Positions 1 through 10,001 are shown, counted from the first letter of the stretch. The stretch: DNA of 64,000 nucleotides from Elusimicrobiota bacterium (GCA_043827405.1 JBDRPD010000083.1:141166-205165), one strand, 5' to 3'. Translations and numbers: made by a program. Notes: generated by a model not told the origin, from the sequence alone.

Positions 1-6
1 GGCTCA

Positions 7-1125
7 ATGGCAGCCCATATCCTTGTTTGCGACGATGATGCGAATCTGCGCGAAAGCATCCGCGACAACCTCGAGCTCGACGGCTACGAGGTCGTCGAGG
101 CGGGCATGGGCGGCGACGCGGTCGCCGCCGTCACGAAGCAGTCCTTCGATGTTATACTGATGGACTATAATCTCCCCGATATGACGGGGATCGACGCCAT
201 TCACAAGATTCGGGAGATCAACACCGAGAGTCAGATTCTTATGTTGACGGCCCATGCTTCTTTAGATACGGCGCTTAAGGCGATCCAGGAGGCGGTCTAC
301 GATTTCCTGGTTAAGCCCGTCGATTTCGACCACCTCAAGCGCGTCATCGCGAAGAGCGTGGATCGGCTGGCACTGCAGCAGGAAAACAGGCGCCTCGTCG
401 ATGATCTGCGGAAGGCCAACGAGCAGATGCTGTATCTGTCCAATATGAAGTCGAAGTTCCTGTCGATGGCTTCCCATGATTTGTCCAATGTGTTAATGAC
501 GCTGCAGGTCTCCTTTGAGATGCTGTCGGGGTCGATGACTCCCGACGGAGAGCAGAAAAAGCGCATGGGCTATATCTCCAACGGGCTCGCCCAGTTGGCG
601 CGCCTGATTGAGGACCTTGTCGACTGGGCGTCGATCGAGCAGGGCAAGTTCCGCCTTGAGCGTGAGCCCCATGCCCCCGGCAGCATCGTCACCGACGCGG
701 TCGGCGCGATCTCGGCGCGTGCGGCGCAGCGCGGGGTCAATATCAGTCATGAGGTCGAGAAGGACCTGCCGAAAATCAATGTCGACAAGAGGCGCTTGTC
801 GCAGGTTCTGGGCAATCTCCTGGAGAACGCCCTGCGTCATACGCAGAAAAAGGGATCGGTGCGGGTTTGTGTGGCCCGCAACAAGAGGGGACTGTTATTT
901 AGCGTGCAGGACTCGGGCGAAGGCATCGAGCCCCAGGACCTGAAGAGGATTTTTGAGAGTTTTTATCAGTCCTCGGGGAAGGGATCGCAGGGCCGGTTGG
1001 GCTTGGGCCTGTCGATTTCTCGTGAGATCATCCATAGCCATGGCGGGGAGATATGGGTGGAATCCAAAGGCCACGGCAAGGGCGCCTCGTTTTTGTTTAC
1101 GATCCCTGAGGCCGCAAAGTCGTAG
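7..1125 (+). CDS. Hybrid two-component protein: N-terminal receiver (REC) domain fused to a histidine kinase (HisKA + HATPase_c)
   Basis: N-terminal CheY-like motifs (LVCDDD...VILMDYNLPDMTG...LTAH). H-box FLSMASHDLSN, then G-box motifs GLGLSISREIIHSHGGEIWVESKG. ATG at 7, stop at 1125. Confidence 0.85.
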   Translation: MAAHILVCDDDANLRESIRDNLELDGYEVVEAGMGGDAVAAVTKQSFDVILMDYNLPDMTGIDAIHKIREINTESQILMLTAHASLDTALKAIQEAVYDFLVKPVDFDHLKRVIAKSVDRLALQQENRRLVDDLRKANEQMLYLSNMKSKFLSMASHDLSNVLMTLQVSFEMLSGSMTPDGEQKKRMGYISNGLAQLARLIEDLVDWASIEQGKFRLEREPHAPGSIVTDAVGAISARAAQRGVNISHEVEKDLPKINVDKRRLSQVLGNLLENALRHTQKKGSVRVCVARNKRGLLFSVQDSGEGIEPQDLKRIFESFYQSSGKGSQGRLGLGLSISREIIHSHGGEIWVESKGHGKGASFLFTIPEAAKS

Positions 1126-1175
1126 CGATCAAGACGTTGTCGGCGCATAGATTCACGAGCGTTCCAGGAGGGACG

Positions 1176-1877
1176 ATGGCTGCTGCAAAGGCAAAGGCAA
1201 AGATTAAAATTAAGGCGAAGAAGCTGACGGTGCTGATCGCGGACGATCAAACGCTGTTTCGCGAGGGAATCAAGGATCTGCTGGAGAATGAAAAATCCAT
1301 CACCGTCGTCGGGGAAGCTGCGGACGGGCTGGAGGCTGTCGCGCTCGCTAAAAAGCTCAAACCCAACGTCGTGCTGATGGATATCAAGCTGCCGAAGCTG
1401 GACGGCGTGTCCGCGACGCGGAAGGTGCGTGAGGAATGTCCCGACACCAATGTCCTGATCTTGTCGTCTTATGAGGATGAGGCGCATGTCATGGAGTCGG
1501 TGCAGGCGGGCGCGAACGGCTATCTGTCCAAGATGCTCCCCGCCGCGGAGCTGGTCAACGCGCTAAAGACCTTCGCCAATGAGGGTTTGATGATCCCACA
1601 GCCTGTTATGGGCAAGCTGCTTGAGGGCCTGCGGTCCATGTCCTCTTCGACCGCGGAGGCGACTTTGGTGGCGCTGACCAAGACGGAGATCCGGGTGCTC
1701 GCGCTGCTGGGCAGGGGTAATGCCAATAAAGAGATCGCGGCAGGTCTCGGCTGCAGCGTCAAGACCATCAAGAACCATCTTAACAGCATCTTTCAGAAGC
1801 TGGACGTGAGCAACCGGACCGAGGCCGTGGTCAAGGCCATCGAGATCGGCATGATATCGCCCGAGGACAGCGACTAG
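1176..1877 (+). CDS. NarL/FixJ-family response regulator (REC + LuxR-type HTH)
   Basis: REC motifs (LIADDQ...VVLMDIKLPKLDG). C-terminal LuxR HTH (TKTEIRVLALLGRGNANKEIAAGLGCSVKTIKNHLNSIFQKL). AGGAGG RBS 5 nt upstream of the ATG at 1176; the ORF track's 1137 start is TTG. Lys/Ala-rich N-terminal tail (AAAKAKAKIKIKAKK). Confidence 0.85.
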   Translation: MAAAKAKAKIKIKAKKLTVLIADDQTLFREGIKDLLENEKSITVVGEAADGLEAVALAKKLKPNVVLMDIKLPKLDGVSATRKVREECPDTNVLILSSYEDEAHVMESVQAGANGYLSKMLPAAELVNALKTFANEGLMIPQPVMGKLLEGLRSMSSSTAEATLVALTKTEIRVLALLGRGNANKEIAAGLGCSVKTIKNHLNSIFQKLDVSNRTEAVVKAIEIGMISPEDSD

Positions 1878-1904
1878 GCTTCCCGCCGGACGATAAGGCG
1901 ACAT

Positions 1905-1946
1905 GGCCCCGCTCCCCGGAAGGGGGAGCGGGGCCTTGCTTTTTCC
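1905..1946 (+). terminator. Rho-independent terminator after the LuxR-type regulator gene
   Basis: GGCCCCGCTCCCC-GGAA-GGGGGAGCGGGGCC hairpin followed by TTGCTTTTTCC. Confidence 0.7.
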
Positions 1947-2082
1947 GGATATTGAGTGCTAGAATAATTTGCCGAGACGGCAGCCGGACCCTAAGTTCTT
2001 AAGTCTGGCACCGGCGAGCGAAAAGAGGGTAAAGATTTTCGACAATCCCTAAAGACGAACTCCCTAAACGTCTAAAGTGCGG

Positions 2083-2124
2083 CACCGGAGCCCTCGTATC
2101 GCGGGCTCCGGTGTTATTTTATGG
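2083..2124 (+). terminator. Second rho-independent terminator-like hairpin closing a noncoding stretch
   Basis: CACCGGAGCCC-(9 nt loop)-GGGCTCCGGTG perfect 11-bp stem followed by TTATTTTATGG. Confidence 0.55.
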
Positions 2125-2219
2125 CGGAATTTGGTCCCAAATCCGTAGGCCTAAAGGCCAACAAAAAATAGGACCAAGGGCCTATGTGGGCGATTTGGGG
2201 CTGGGTTATAATACCGGGG

Positions 2220-3445
2220 TGAGACGTGCTCTCCTGATACTAGGTCTATCAGTATTGGCGGCGGGACCCCTGTATGCCGCGAATCCCACGATGGAGGATG
2301 ATTTTACGTCCATCGTGGGCTGGTTGACCGCGCAGACGGCGCAGGGCTTGGCGTTCAACTCCGGCTCGACCTTTGATCCGCCCAACGAGATGCGGGCTTG
2401 GCGTATTCAGCCGGACTTCAGTTTGGGCCTCGGCTTGATGCCGTTCGACAAGAACGCTTTCCCTCAGATGCAGGTCGAGGCCCTGGCAGAGAAGGGGCTG
2501 AAAGACGACATGCCCAGCAAGGTCCTGTTCCCTAACTTGACGTTTCATTCCCGCATGGGGCTGCCCTGGCGTATGGATATGGGCATTCGGCTCGTTAATA
2601 TGACGGTCCCCAAAAACTATCGCCTGTCGGAAACCATGGTCGGCAACGGCCAGAGCAATACCATGGGCATCGGCTTGCGCAAGCACTTCTTCGGCCGCGG
2701 GATGCCGCTGCTGACGGTTTCGGGAGCGTATAACCGGGTATTCGGCTACTTCAATTTCAAAACCCGTTTCAATGATATGGAACTGGTGCCGAACGTATTA
2801 ACGGCCAGCAGCAATGTGTTCGGTCAGATGGACTGGAACGTGACGAGCATCGGCGTCAATTTTGTCGTCAGCCAGGTGTACGGCAAGTGGACGCCGTTTA
2901 TCGGCGCCGGCTACAATCGGATTTCGGGCATCGTGGACGGACGTATGGAGGCGGTCTGGGAGACGCCGCTGATCGCCACTACGGTCGGCCGGGCGAGCGG
3001 TCGCCCGGAGCCCCATAACACCCGCTTGCTTCTCGGCTTTCAACGCGACGGCTCGTTTTTTAGCCTATTCGTCAACGGCGAGCTCAAGACCAGCGGCGTG
3101 CATGCCGGCCGGTCCTATATCGTGTCTACCGGGCTGGCGGCGCCGTTTCGTATCGGGGCCAGAAGCAGCGTTGTGCGTTATGGGCGCAATAAGCCCAAGG
3201 GCTACGCGTCGCTTCCCGAGCCGTCGCGCTTTACGTCGAGCAGCCGGGCGCGCCGTAAGAAGAGCCGCGGGGACGACCGCGTCTCTCACCGCAAGAGCCG
3301 GCTGGAGCGGTACTGGAACTGGGGCCGCAACCGCGATATGCGCAAAGCCAAGGCCGCGGCCGAGCAGGCGCCGAAGAAATCGAAGAGCGCCAAGCGCGCC
3401 AAGCGTGCTCGTCGAGAGCCTCCCGAGCTGATCTTCATCTACTAA
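2220..3445 (+). CDS. Secreted hypothetical protein with an Arg/Lys-rich C-terminal tail
   Basis: The in-frame GTG at 2220 gives the signal peptide MRRALLILGLSVLAAGPLYAANP. The ORF track's 2111 start has no signal peptide upstream, and a TATAAT box lies at about 2207. The C-terminal 90 aa are extremely basic. No recognisable family. Confidence 0.6.
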
Positions 3446-3478
3446 ACTCCCAGTTGACGGCACGGTTCTGGGACGATG

Positions 3479-3508
3479 GGCCCACCATATGGAGGGCCTT
3501 TTTCTTTT
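3479..3508 (+). terminator. Rho-independent terminator after the 2220-3445 gene
   Basis: GGCCCACCATA/TGGAGGGCC imperfect stem followed by TTTTTCTTTT. Confidence 0.55.
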
Positions 3509-3575
3509 GCAAAAATCCCTAAAAGACCCATCCGCTCCCGAGGTTCTGCGGCTACCATCTATAGTAGGAGCACCT

Positions 3576-6500
3576 GTGAGAAGATACTGTGCCGTCATCC
3601 TGTCGGCGTCGTTGATCCTGGCCGCTCCCGGCCCGGGGAGCTGGGCGAGCGCCGCCCAGGTGGTGATACCGAAGACCGGAGCCGCGCCCGTGGTTTCGGG
3701 AGGCGTCGCGGTGCCGGTCGGGGCACAGTTTGCTTCGGGCATGCAGGCGGGCTTTAGCGCCGCTCCCGCGCTCTCCTTGGGCGTTTTGCCCGGGATGGAC
3801 AGGACGCCTTCTCAGGGTGCCGTCTTTCAGCTTCCGGTTTCCCTCACGCTTCCCGTTTCCCCCGCGCTGCGGCGCAGTCATCAGGGCCTTTCCGGCGTAA
3901 CCGGCGTCCCGGGTGTTATGCCCGTTCAGCCCGGCACGCATATGGGGGATGCGCAGAAGACCGGCCGGCTGCGGCAGGCTTCACCCTACGCGGCCCAGCC
4001 ATCGCGCGGCGCCTTTAAGAATACCTTGCTGCAGTCGCTGCGGCTGCCCTCGCGTCTGAAGGATAGTTCACAGATGAGCGGGGAGGAGTTGTCGCGGACT
4101 GCTGAACACGATTTCCGCCTGCATGCCGGCGCCGGTGCGGGCGGCGGTTCCGGCGCCGTCAGCGCGACGCCGTATAAAGGAAGCGCGGTTTTCGCAGCTC
4201 CTTCCGGCGCGGGGCACACCGCGGTTCCCGGCGAAGCATCGGGCATCCGTCAGGGCTGGCAGGCGCTCGCCAAGCTCTTCGCGCGCAGCGGACCGGCGGG
4301 GCTCCCTTCCGGAGTGCTGAAGCTGCACACTCCCGACGGACCGGTTAAATCCATGAATATCCGCTCTGTCGCGGGAAGAGCTCCCGGTTCGGCGGGCGGG
4401 AGCGCGGTCCTGAAAAACAGCGCGGTCGCCGAAAAGAACACTGTTTCCGACGTCTCTGCGGAGGCAATCGTGCCGGGCGGAAAAGCGGCGCCGGCTATGT
4501 CCGGATCCAGCGGAGTTAAGCCGGCGGCGGCGATTGAGAAATCTTTTTCCGTAGAGAACGGCTCGGAGTCCGGCGCGCCGGTACGCGAATATCGCTCGGC
4601 CTATTTCCCGCTGACCGTCGCCATGGTTTCGGCGGCGGTGCTGGGGCTCGCCCTCGGCCTGCCGGCGCTGCTGCAGACGATCGCTCCCGCTCTGCTGCCG
4701 AGCGCCGCTCTGCAGTCGCTGTCGGCATCGGCCGGCGTCGAATTCTTCGGCGCGGCCCTGCGTGCCGCCGTGGACGTCATCGCGGCGACGACCGCGCTGA
4801 GCGCCGCGTATGCGCTGTGGGAGGCGTTCACTTTCGCGCTGGGCGTCGCGGTGCGCAAGCCGGTATCCGACCAGGAATTCTGGAGCTTTATCCGCCAGGA
4901 GCTTAAGGGCTGGGACCTGCATCCCAGCGTCCGGGAAAGCCTGTTGGGGACGGGGCCGGGGCGCGGGATGCTCAAGCCTTATCGACCGCCGGGACGCTTC
5001 GGCGGTCTGGCCTACGGCTTTACGGCGGGCGGGGCGATCTACCTGCGGCCGGAGATGATCCGGACGCCGTGGCTGTTCCGCTGGGTGCTCAAGCATGAGC
5101 TGGTGCACCTTAACAGGCATTTCTCCCGCGGCCCGCCGGAGCGGTTAACCGGGCTGCATCGGATCTCCCGCTTTTTTGTTTCGGAACTCGGTGCGCGATT
5201 CGGGGAATGGCGCTCGATTCGCAAGCTGCGCAGCCTGCGCATCCCGGTTCTGCACCGCGTCCTGAGCGCCGCGCGGCTTTCGCTCAAACGCAGCAAGCCT
5301 TATGACATGCTCATCGTTCATCCGGGCCACCATGAATCCCGCAACTCCAAGACCTATGCCGAGCTTTCCGGGGGGCTGGCGAATGTCGTCGAGCTCTATA
5401 CCAAGGATCAGAGCGACAAGGCGGCGCTGCAGATTAAAAATGACGCTTTCGCGCCCGATGTCGAGGCCGGCATCCAGCGCCTGTCGAGCGGCGACCGGAC
5501 GCCGGATGGGAAGCGCGTTCGGGATTATTTGCAGCGCGAGGAGAACGACAGCCGGTTCCGCCTGATCGTCTATCCGCAGTCTTTCGGCGCCCTGCCCGCA
5601 GCCGCCTCCAATGACGGCCGCAAGCTGCGCCGCGCTCTGCAGCGTCTCGACCGGGTGTATATGCTGTCGCGGCAGATGCCGCTTCTGCAGCGCATCGAGA
5701 CGGTCCCGACTCGGCGGATCGGGCAGATCGAACGGCTGATCAATTCGCTCGGCATTGCCTGGAAGCCGGGAATGAGCCCCGAGCATCTCGAACAGCTGAT
5801 CAACGAAATGTATTACCGTGCGTCCCGCGACGTCATGAGCGACGACGCCTTCGTGCAGACTTTGGAGAGCGTCTATGATGCGCTGCATCATCGGGGCTCT
5901 CTGCTGCTGCCCTTCGCGCCGGGCGAGCCGGGACTCGATATGGTCGAGCGGGTCATGCGGTACTGGCGAGCGGAGGACGGGGGACGCTTTAATGTTATGC
6001 GCGTCGACCTGCCCGAAGGCGGGCATGTCCTCGTCGCGCGCAAGAGCGAGCCGCGGGTCGATTTGTGGCTGCGGCCGGCGGCGGATAAGGCGATAAAGAA
6101 GTCGGTGACGAATGTGAACACGGCGCGCAATCAGACGCCCAGCCCCGAGGATATCCTGCGCGAAGCCGGCTTCAACGATGCGGACCTTGAGCGTTTTAAG
6201 AACGCGGACATGGAGGTGCGGCACGTTTTCGGCGCCGATGTCGGCGATAACCGCATTTACGTCAATGTCCGCCGCAGCCATGCGCAGCTGCTCAAGCAGT
6301 ATGCGGTGGAGGCCGGCATCCAGTTCCAGAGCTCTGAGCGTTTCGCCCTGCATCTGGTGGAGAGCGGCCCGCTGCAGAAAGCGGATAAGGTGTGGAAGCT
6401 GGGCTTTACCGGCGCGGGCGGGCGCATCTACGATATCGACACCGGGCTTGATACGAGCCATCCGGATTTTGCGGACCGGCACATGGAATCGGTGGACTTC

Positions 6501-9500
6501 GTCGATGAAGGTCCGGAAGACTGGATCGGGCACGGCACGCATAAGGCGGGCATCTCCTACGCCAACGGCACGATTTATCGAGGCATGGCTCCGGGAGCCG
6601 AAGGACGCATGGGCAAGGTCTTCGCCCAGAACGGCATGGGCGCTTCCGACGGAGAGATTATGGCGGCCGCCGTGGATGCCATGCAGTGGGGCGCCGACGT
6701 CATCAGCCTCAGCCTCGGCAGCCCCGGGGCCGTTGAGTCGCCGCTTGCCGAGTTTTTCTCCCGCCTGACCAAGCAGAAGAACGCCAAGGGCGAATATCCG
6801 ATCGTGACCGGATCGGCCGGCAACTCCGGACCGTTCAACAGCACCAAGAGCCAGCCCTCGGTGGGCGAGAACGTGGCATCCATCACCGCCGCGGCGAAGA
6901 GCCTGGATGACGGCGTGCCGGAGATTTCCTTCTATTCCTCCGTGGGGCCCGCCTACGACCGTCGCTACGGCCGGCTGCGCTACCGGCGGCCGCTGGGGCT
7001 GACGGCTTTGGGCGGCGACGTGACGACGCCGCCCGGCGTCAAGGACGTCTACGCGGACGGCATCGAGTCGGTCAAGTCCAAGGATATGCCGGCGGGTCCG
7101 TCGGACGCCGCGGACGGGCGCCACACGCGGATGTCGGGCACGTCGATGTCCAACCCGATGATCGCGGGCATCGCCCTGCTGGTGAAGCAGGCGGTGCAGA
7201 GCGTCGTCAAATCCGGGACGGAGGCGTACGATTTCTTCACCGCCGAGCTGCCGTTCGCCGTCAATATGATCCTCATGCGTTCCGCCGAGGATATGCGGGT
7301 CCCTATCTTCTTCCAGGAGGGGGGCTTCGTTGACGCGCAGGCCGCCGTGCAGCTCGCGGTCCGGTCGTTCGGCGGCGAGTTGATCGGCGGGATGCGGCGC
7401 GCCGTCCGCGCCGTCCGGTCTTTGGGGCGCTCGACCAATAAGGTGAGCGAAGCCGCCGCGAACAGCGATGCGCGGTCGTGGGATTGGATCGTGCGCGCGA
7501 AAGCGGTATGGGAACTCGAGGATCGTCCCTTCGCGGCGGGCGAGCGGGCGCGGCAGCGCGCCATTAAGAACCTGCAGGCCAAGGCGGTCGCGGCGCCCGG
7601 CGGCAATATCGACGGTCCAGAAGAGAGCCCGCAAGCGGACATGGTCAGCAAGCGGAAGCTCGGTGACGCCGGCAACCGGGCGATGCAAAAGGACTTCGAC
7701 GCCGTGCGCAGCGACGTGGTCCCCGCGCTGATCGAGGCGCTGCAGGATAAGGTTTGGATCGTGCGGATGTACGCGGCCTTTGCGCTGCTGAATCTGCGGG
7801 CGCCCGAGGCGGTCCTGCCGCTGGCCGATGCGGCGCTGCAGGACGCCGACGGACGGGTACGGCAGACGGCCTTTCTCGCGCTGGCGGAGACGTCCGGCTA
7901 CGCCGCGGACGAAGCCCTGCGTCAGGCGCTCAACGATGGCCGCCCCGATGTCGAAATGTACGCCGCCTATGCTCTGGCGCGCCACGGCGTCATGGAGGGG
8001 ATCGCGCGCATCAGCGCCCATGCCCGCAACGCGGACAAGAAAGTGCGCTTTACGGCGGTCTGGCTCCTGGGGCAGCTGGGACGGCGGGCGCCTCCTGAAG
8101 TCACCGATGTCCTGGCCCGGCGCGTTATCGATACCGATGAGCGGGGAAATATTCGCCACCTCTCCGTCGCCTCGTTAACCGAAGTGGCGCGCGCCCGGCC
8201 CGAATCCCTCACCAATGAGACGATACTGAATCTCCTTTACTCTTCCGGCCCGCAGAACTTCGCGCTCACCCGCACGATCGCAAAATTCTTCGCCGTCGCT
8301 GCGCAGTCCTCGCTTATTCGCGATCGTATGGCCGAAAAGCCGCTGCGCGAAGACATCCTCCGCTTTATCCATAAATACAAGAACGCCGTGCATCGGCCCG
8401 GCGCCCTCGGCGAGATGGTGCGCCTGCTGTCGCGGATTTTGAACGTGCCGCTGGACTCTCCGACGCCGCTGCCCAACCCCAGCGGCGAGGGGGTGCCCGG
8501 AGTCGATCCGAACCTCGGCCCGGTCGATCTGATCGTTGAATTCCCGGAAGACGCGCCTGCGGGGGCGCGCATTCAGCGCTTCGAAGATTTTCGCGCTTAC
8601 TCCGATGTAAGCAGGCGGGGCGAACAGTCGCGGCAGCGCGCTGCGCAGACGCTCGGTGAGCTCGGTTTGGCGCCGGAGATGGTGGGCACGCATGGGGCCG
8701 ATCTCCAGGTCGCGATGCCGCACAGCCAGTCGCTGTGGTTCAGCGTGCCGGACGCCAAGGTGGTGGCGTTCGCCAGCGAGATGGAATCGCGCGGCTACCG
8801 CGTGCGCCGGGCGGCGCCGATGTACCGGCTGCTGCACGAGACCGGCGAGCTATCCGGCATGCCGGCGCTGCGCGAAAAAAGCGGGCTGACCGGCGACGGG
8901 GTTCTGGTGGCTTACCTCGATGAGGGGGGTGATACCCAGCACCCGGCCCTCCCGGCCAAGCGCATACGCGTCAAGAAGAATTTTACCACGGACGGCAGGT
9001 CCGGCGAAGTCGAGCGTGAGAGCGTTAGTCATGGGACCCATGGTATGGGCATCGTGGGCGGCGAAAGCGTCGACGGCTCGCCCTACGTCGGCATGGCGCC
9101 GGGCGTGGAGTTCGCGATCGGGAAGGTCCTCGGCGCCACCGGCGGCAGCGAGGCGACGGTGATGGCCGGCATGGAGTGGGCGGCCAGCTTGTCGGCCGAT
9201 CCGCTGAAGGACCCGGTGATTATAAATATGAGTCTCGGCGGTCCCGGTGCGGCCGACAGTCCGATCAGCCGTCTCGTCAACCGCTTGCGGCTGAAGAATA
9301 TCGGCGTCGTGGCGGCGGCGGGCAACTCCGGGCCGATGGAGGGCACGGTCTCCTCGCCGGCGAACGCGGCACTGGCCATCTCGGTCGGCGCGGTGGACAA
9401 GGCGAAGCATCTCGCCGACTATTCCTCACGCAGCGAGAAAGGCGTACGCGAGCTGTCCTGGGTGGACTTCGGCGGCGCGGTGTTCTTCGACCGGCCGAAC

Positions 9501-9998
9501 CTTTACGATATCGTCTCGGCGCTCAATACCCGCCTGCAGGAAGAGATGGCGGATTCTCCGACCGGCGTAAAGTGGAAGGATAAGCTGCTGTACCACACCA
9601 TGTCGGGGACGTCGATGGCCGCGCCGCATACCACGGGCAAGCTGGCGGTGCTCGTCGAGGGCATGCGCAAAGCCTTCCCCGAGGGCCTGCCGACCGGCTA
9701 CCTCTTTTATATTGAAAAGCTCGTCGAAGCGACGGCCGCGCGCATGAAGGACAACGGCGAGAACGAGGTCGGGGCGGGCTTAATAGACGAGGCCGCCGCT
9801 CTGGCGGCCCTTGAGAAGGCGCTCACGGACCCGGCGAAGGTCCGCTCCGAGTCGGAAGCCATGATCCGGCGGGCCGCGGCGGATTACGGGCAGCCCGCCG
9901 CTCCCGCGTCCGCGGGCGGCTGGCTTGCGCACCTGCGGTCGGTGCCGCGGGCGGTCGGCAGCGTCGTGCACTCTTTCATGACGCTGTTTCTCTTTTAG
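3576..9998 (+). CDS. Giant (about 2140 aa) secreted or membrane-anchored multidomain protein: Gly/Ala/Ser-rich N-terminus, HExxH motif, two subtilisin-like S8 peptidase domains separated by PBS-lyase HEAT repeats
   Basis: AGGAG RBS 6 nt before the GTG at 3576, giving the signal peptide VRRYCAVILSASLILAAPGPGSWASA. S8 domain 1 at about 6400-7200 (DTGLDTSHPDF / HGTHKAG / AGNSGP / GTSMSNPMIAG). HEAT repeats at about 7720-8110. S8 domain 2 at about 8890-9700 (LDEGGDTQHP / SHGTHGMG / AGNSGP / MSGTSMAAPH). HELVH at 5092-5112. Confidence 0.8.
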   Translation: MRRYCAVILSASLILAAPGPGSWASAAQVVIPKTGAAPVVSGGVAVPVGAQFASGMQAGFSAAPALSLGVLPGMDRTPSQGAVFQLPVSLTLPVSPALRRSHQGLSGVTGVPGVMPVQPGTHMGDAQKTGRLRQASPYAAQPSRGAFKNTLLQSLRLPSRLKDSSQMSGEELSRTAEHDFRLHAGAGAGGGSGAVSATPYKGSAVFAAPSGAGHTAVPGEASGIRQGWQALAKLFARSGPAGLPSGVLKLHTPDGPVKSMNIRSVAGRAPGSAGGSAVLKNSAVAEKNTVSDVSAEAIVPGGKAAPAMSGSSGVKPAAAIEKSFSVENGSESGAPVREYRSAYFPLTVAMVSAAVLGLALGLPALLQTIAPALLPSAALQSLSASAGVEFFGAALRAAVDVIAATTALSAAYALWEAFTFALGVAVRKPVSDQEFWSFIRQELKGWDLHPSVRESLLGTGPGRGMLKPYRPPGRFGGLAYGFTAGGAIYLRPEMIRTPWLFRWVLKHELVHLNRHFSRGPPERLTGLHRISRFFVSELGARFGEWRSIRKLRSLRIPVLHRVLSAARLSLKRSKPYDMLIVHPGHHESRNSKTYAELSGGLANVVELYTKDQSDKAALQIKNDAFAPDVEAGIQRLSSGDRTPDGKRVRDYLQREENDSRFRLIVYPQSFGALPAAASNDGRKLRRALQRLDRVYMLSRQMPLLQRIETVPTRRIGQIERLINSLGIAWKPGMSPEHLEQLINEMYYRASRDVMSDDAFVQTLESVYDALHHRGSLLLPFAPGEPGLDMVERVMRYWRAEDGGRFNVMRVDLPEGGHVLVARKSEPRVDLWLRPAADKAIKKSVTNVNTARNQTPSPEDILREAGFNDADLERFKNADMEVRHVFGADVGDNRIYVNVRRSHAQLLKQYAVEAGIQFQSSERFALHLVESGPLQKADKVWKLGFTGAGGRIYDIDTGLDTSHPDFADRHMESVDFVDEGPEDWIGHGTHKAGISYANGTIYRGMAPGAEGRMGKVFAQNGMGASDGEIMAAAVDAMQWGADVISLSLGSPGAVESPLAEFFSRLTKQKNAKGEYPIVTGSAGNSGPFNSTKSQPSVGENVASITAAAKSLDDGVPEISFYSSVGPAYDRRYGRLRYRRPLGLTALGGDVTTPPGVKDVYADGIESVKSKDMPAGPSDAADGRHTRMSGTSMSNPMIAGIALLVKQAVQSVVKSGTEAYDFFTAELPFAVNMILMRSAEDMRVPIFFQEGGFVDAQAAVQLAVRSFGGELIGGMRRAVRAVRSLGRSTNKVSEAAANSDARSWDWIVRAKAVWELEDRPFAAGERARQRAIKNLQAKAVAAPGGNIDGPEESPQADMVSKRKLGDAGNRAMQKDFDAVRSDVVPALIEALQDKVWIVRMYAAFALLNLRAPEAVLPLADAALQDADGRVRQTAFLALAETSGYAADEALRQALNDGRPDVEMYAAYALARHGVMEGIARISAHARNADKKVRFTAVWLLGQLGRRAPPEVTDVLARRVIDTDERGNIRHLSVASLTEVARARPESLTNETILNLLYSSGPQNFALTRTIAKFFAVAAQSSLIRDRMAEKPLREDILRFIHKYKNAVHRPGALGEMVRLLSRILNVPLDSPTPLPNPSGEGVPGVDPNLGPVDLIVEFPEDAPAGARIQRFEDFRAYSDVSRRGEQSRQRAAQTLGELGLAPEMVGTHGADLQVAMPHSQSLWFSVPDAKVVAFASEMESRGYRVRRAAPMYRLLHETGELSGMPALREKSGLTGDGVLVAYLDEGGDTQHPALPAKRIRVKKNFTTDGRSGEVERESVSHGTHGMGIVGGESVDGSPYVGMAPGVEFAIGKVLGATGGSEATVMAGMEWAASLSADPLKDPVIINMSLGGPGAADSPISRLVNRLRLKNIGVVAAAGNSGPMEGTVSSPANAALAISVGAVDKAKHLADYSSRSEKGVRELSWVDFGGAVFFDRPNLYDIVSALNTRLQEEMADSPTGVKWKDKLLYHTMSGTSMAAPHTTGKLAVLVEGMRKAFPEGLPTGYLFYIEKLVEATAARMKDNGENEVGAGLIDEAAALAALEKALTDPAKVRSESEAMIRRAAADYGQPAAPASAGGWLAHLRSVPRAVGSVVHSFMTLFLF

Positions 9999-10001
9999 GG
10001 T

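Noticed and set aside
2111-2219. 5' extension of the 2111-3445 ORF
   Set aside because: The extension contains a terminator hairpin, lacks a start-proximal RBS, and places the signal peptide 37 residues into the protein. The GTG at 2220 gives a canonical signal peptide.
4068-5120. 350-aa minus-strand ORF and several shorter plus and minus ORFs within 3489-9998
   Set aside because: Same reason: shadow ORFs of the high-GC giant gene with low-complexity Arg/Pro-rich translations.
5145-8159. 1004-aa ORF on the minus strand inside the giant protease gene
   Set aside because: Antisense to a gene with clear S8/HEAT motifs. Composition is typical of spurious GC-rich antisense frames (Arg/Ala/Gly/Pro rich, no domain motifs).
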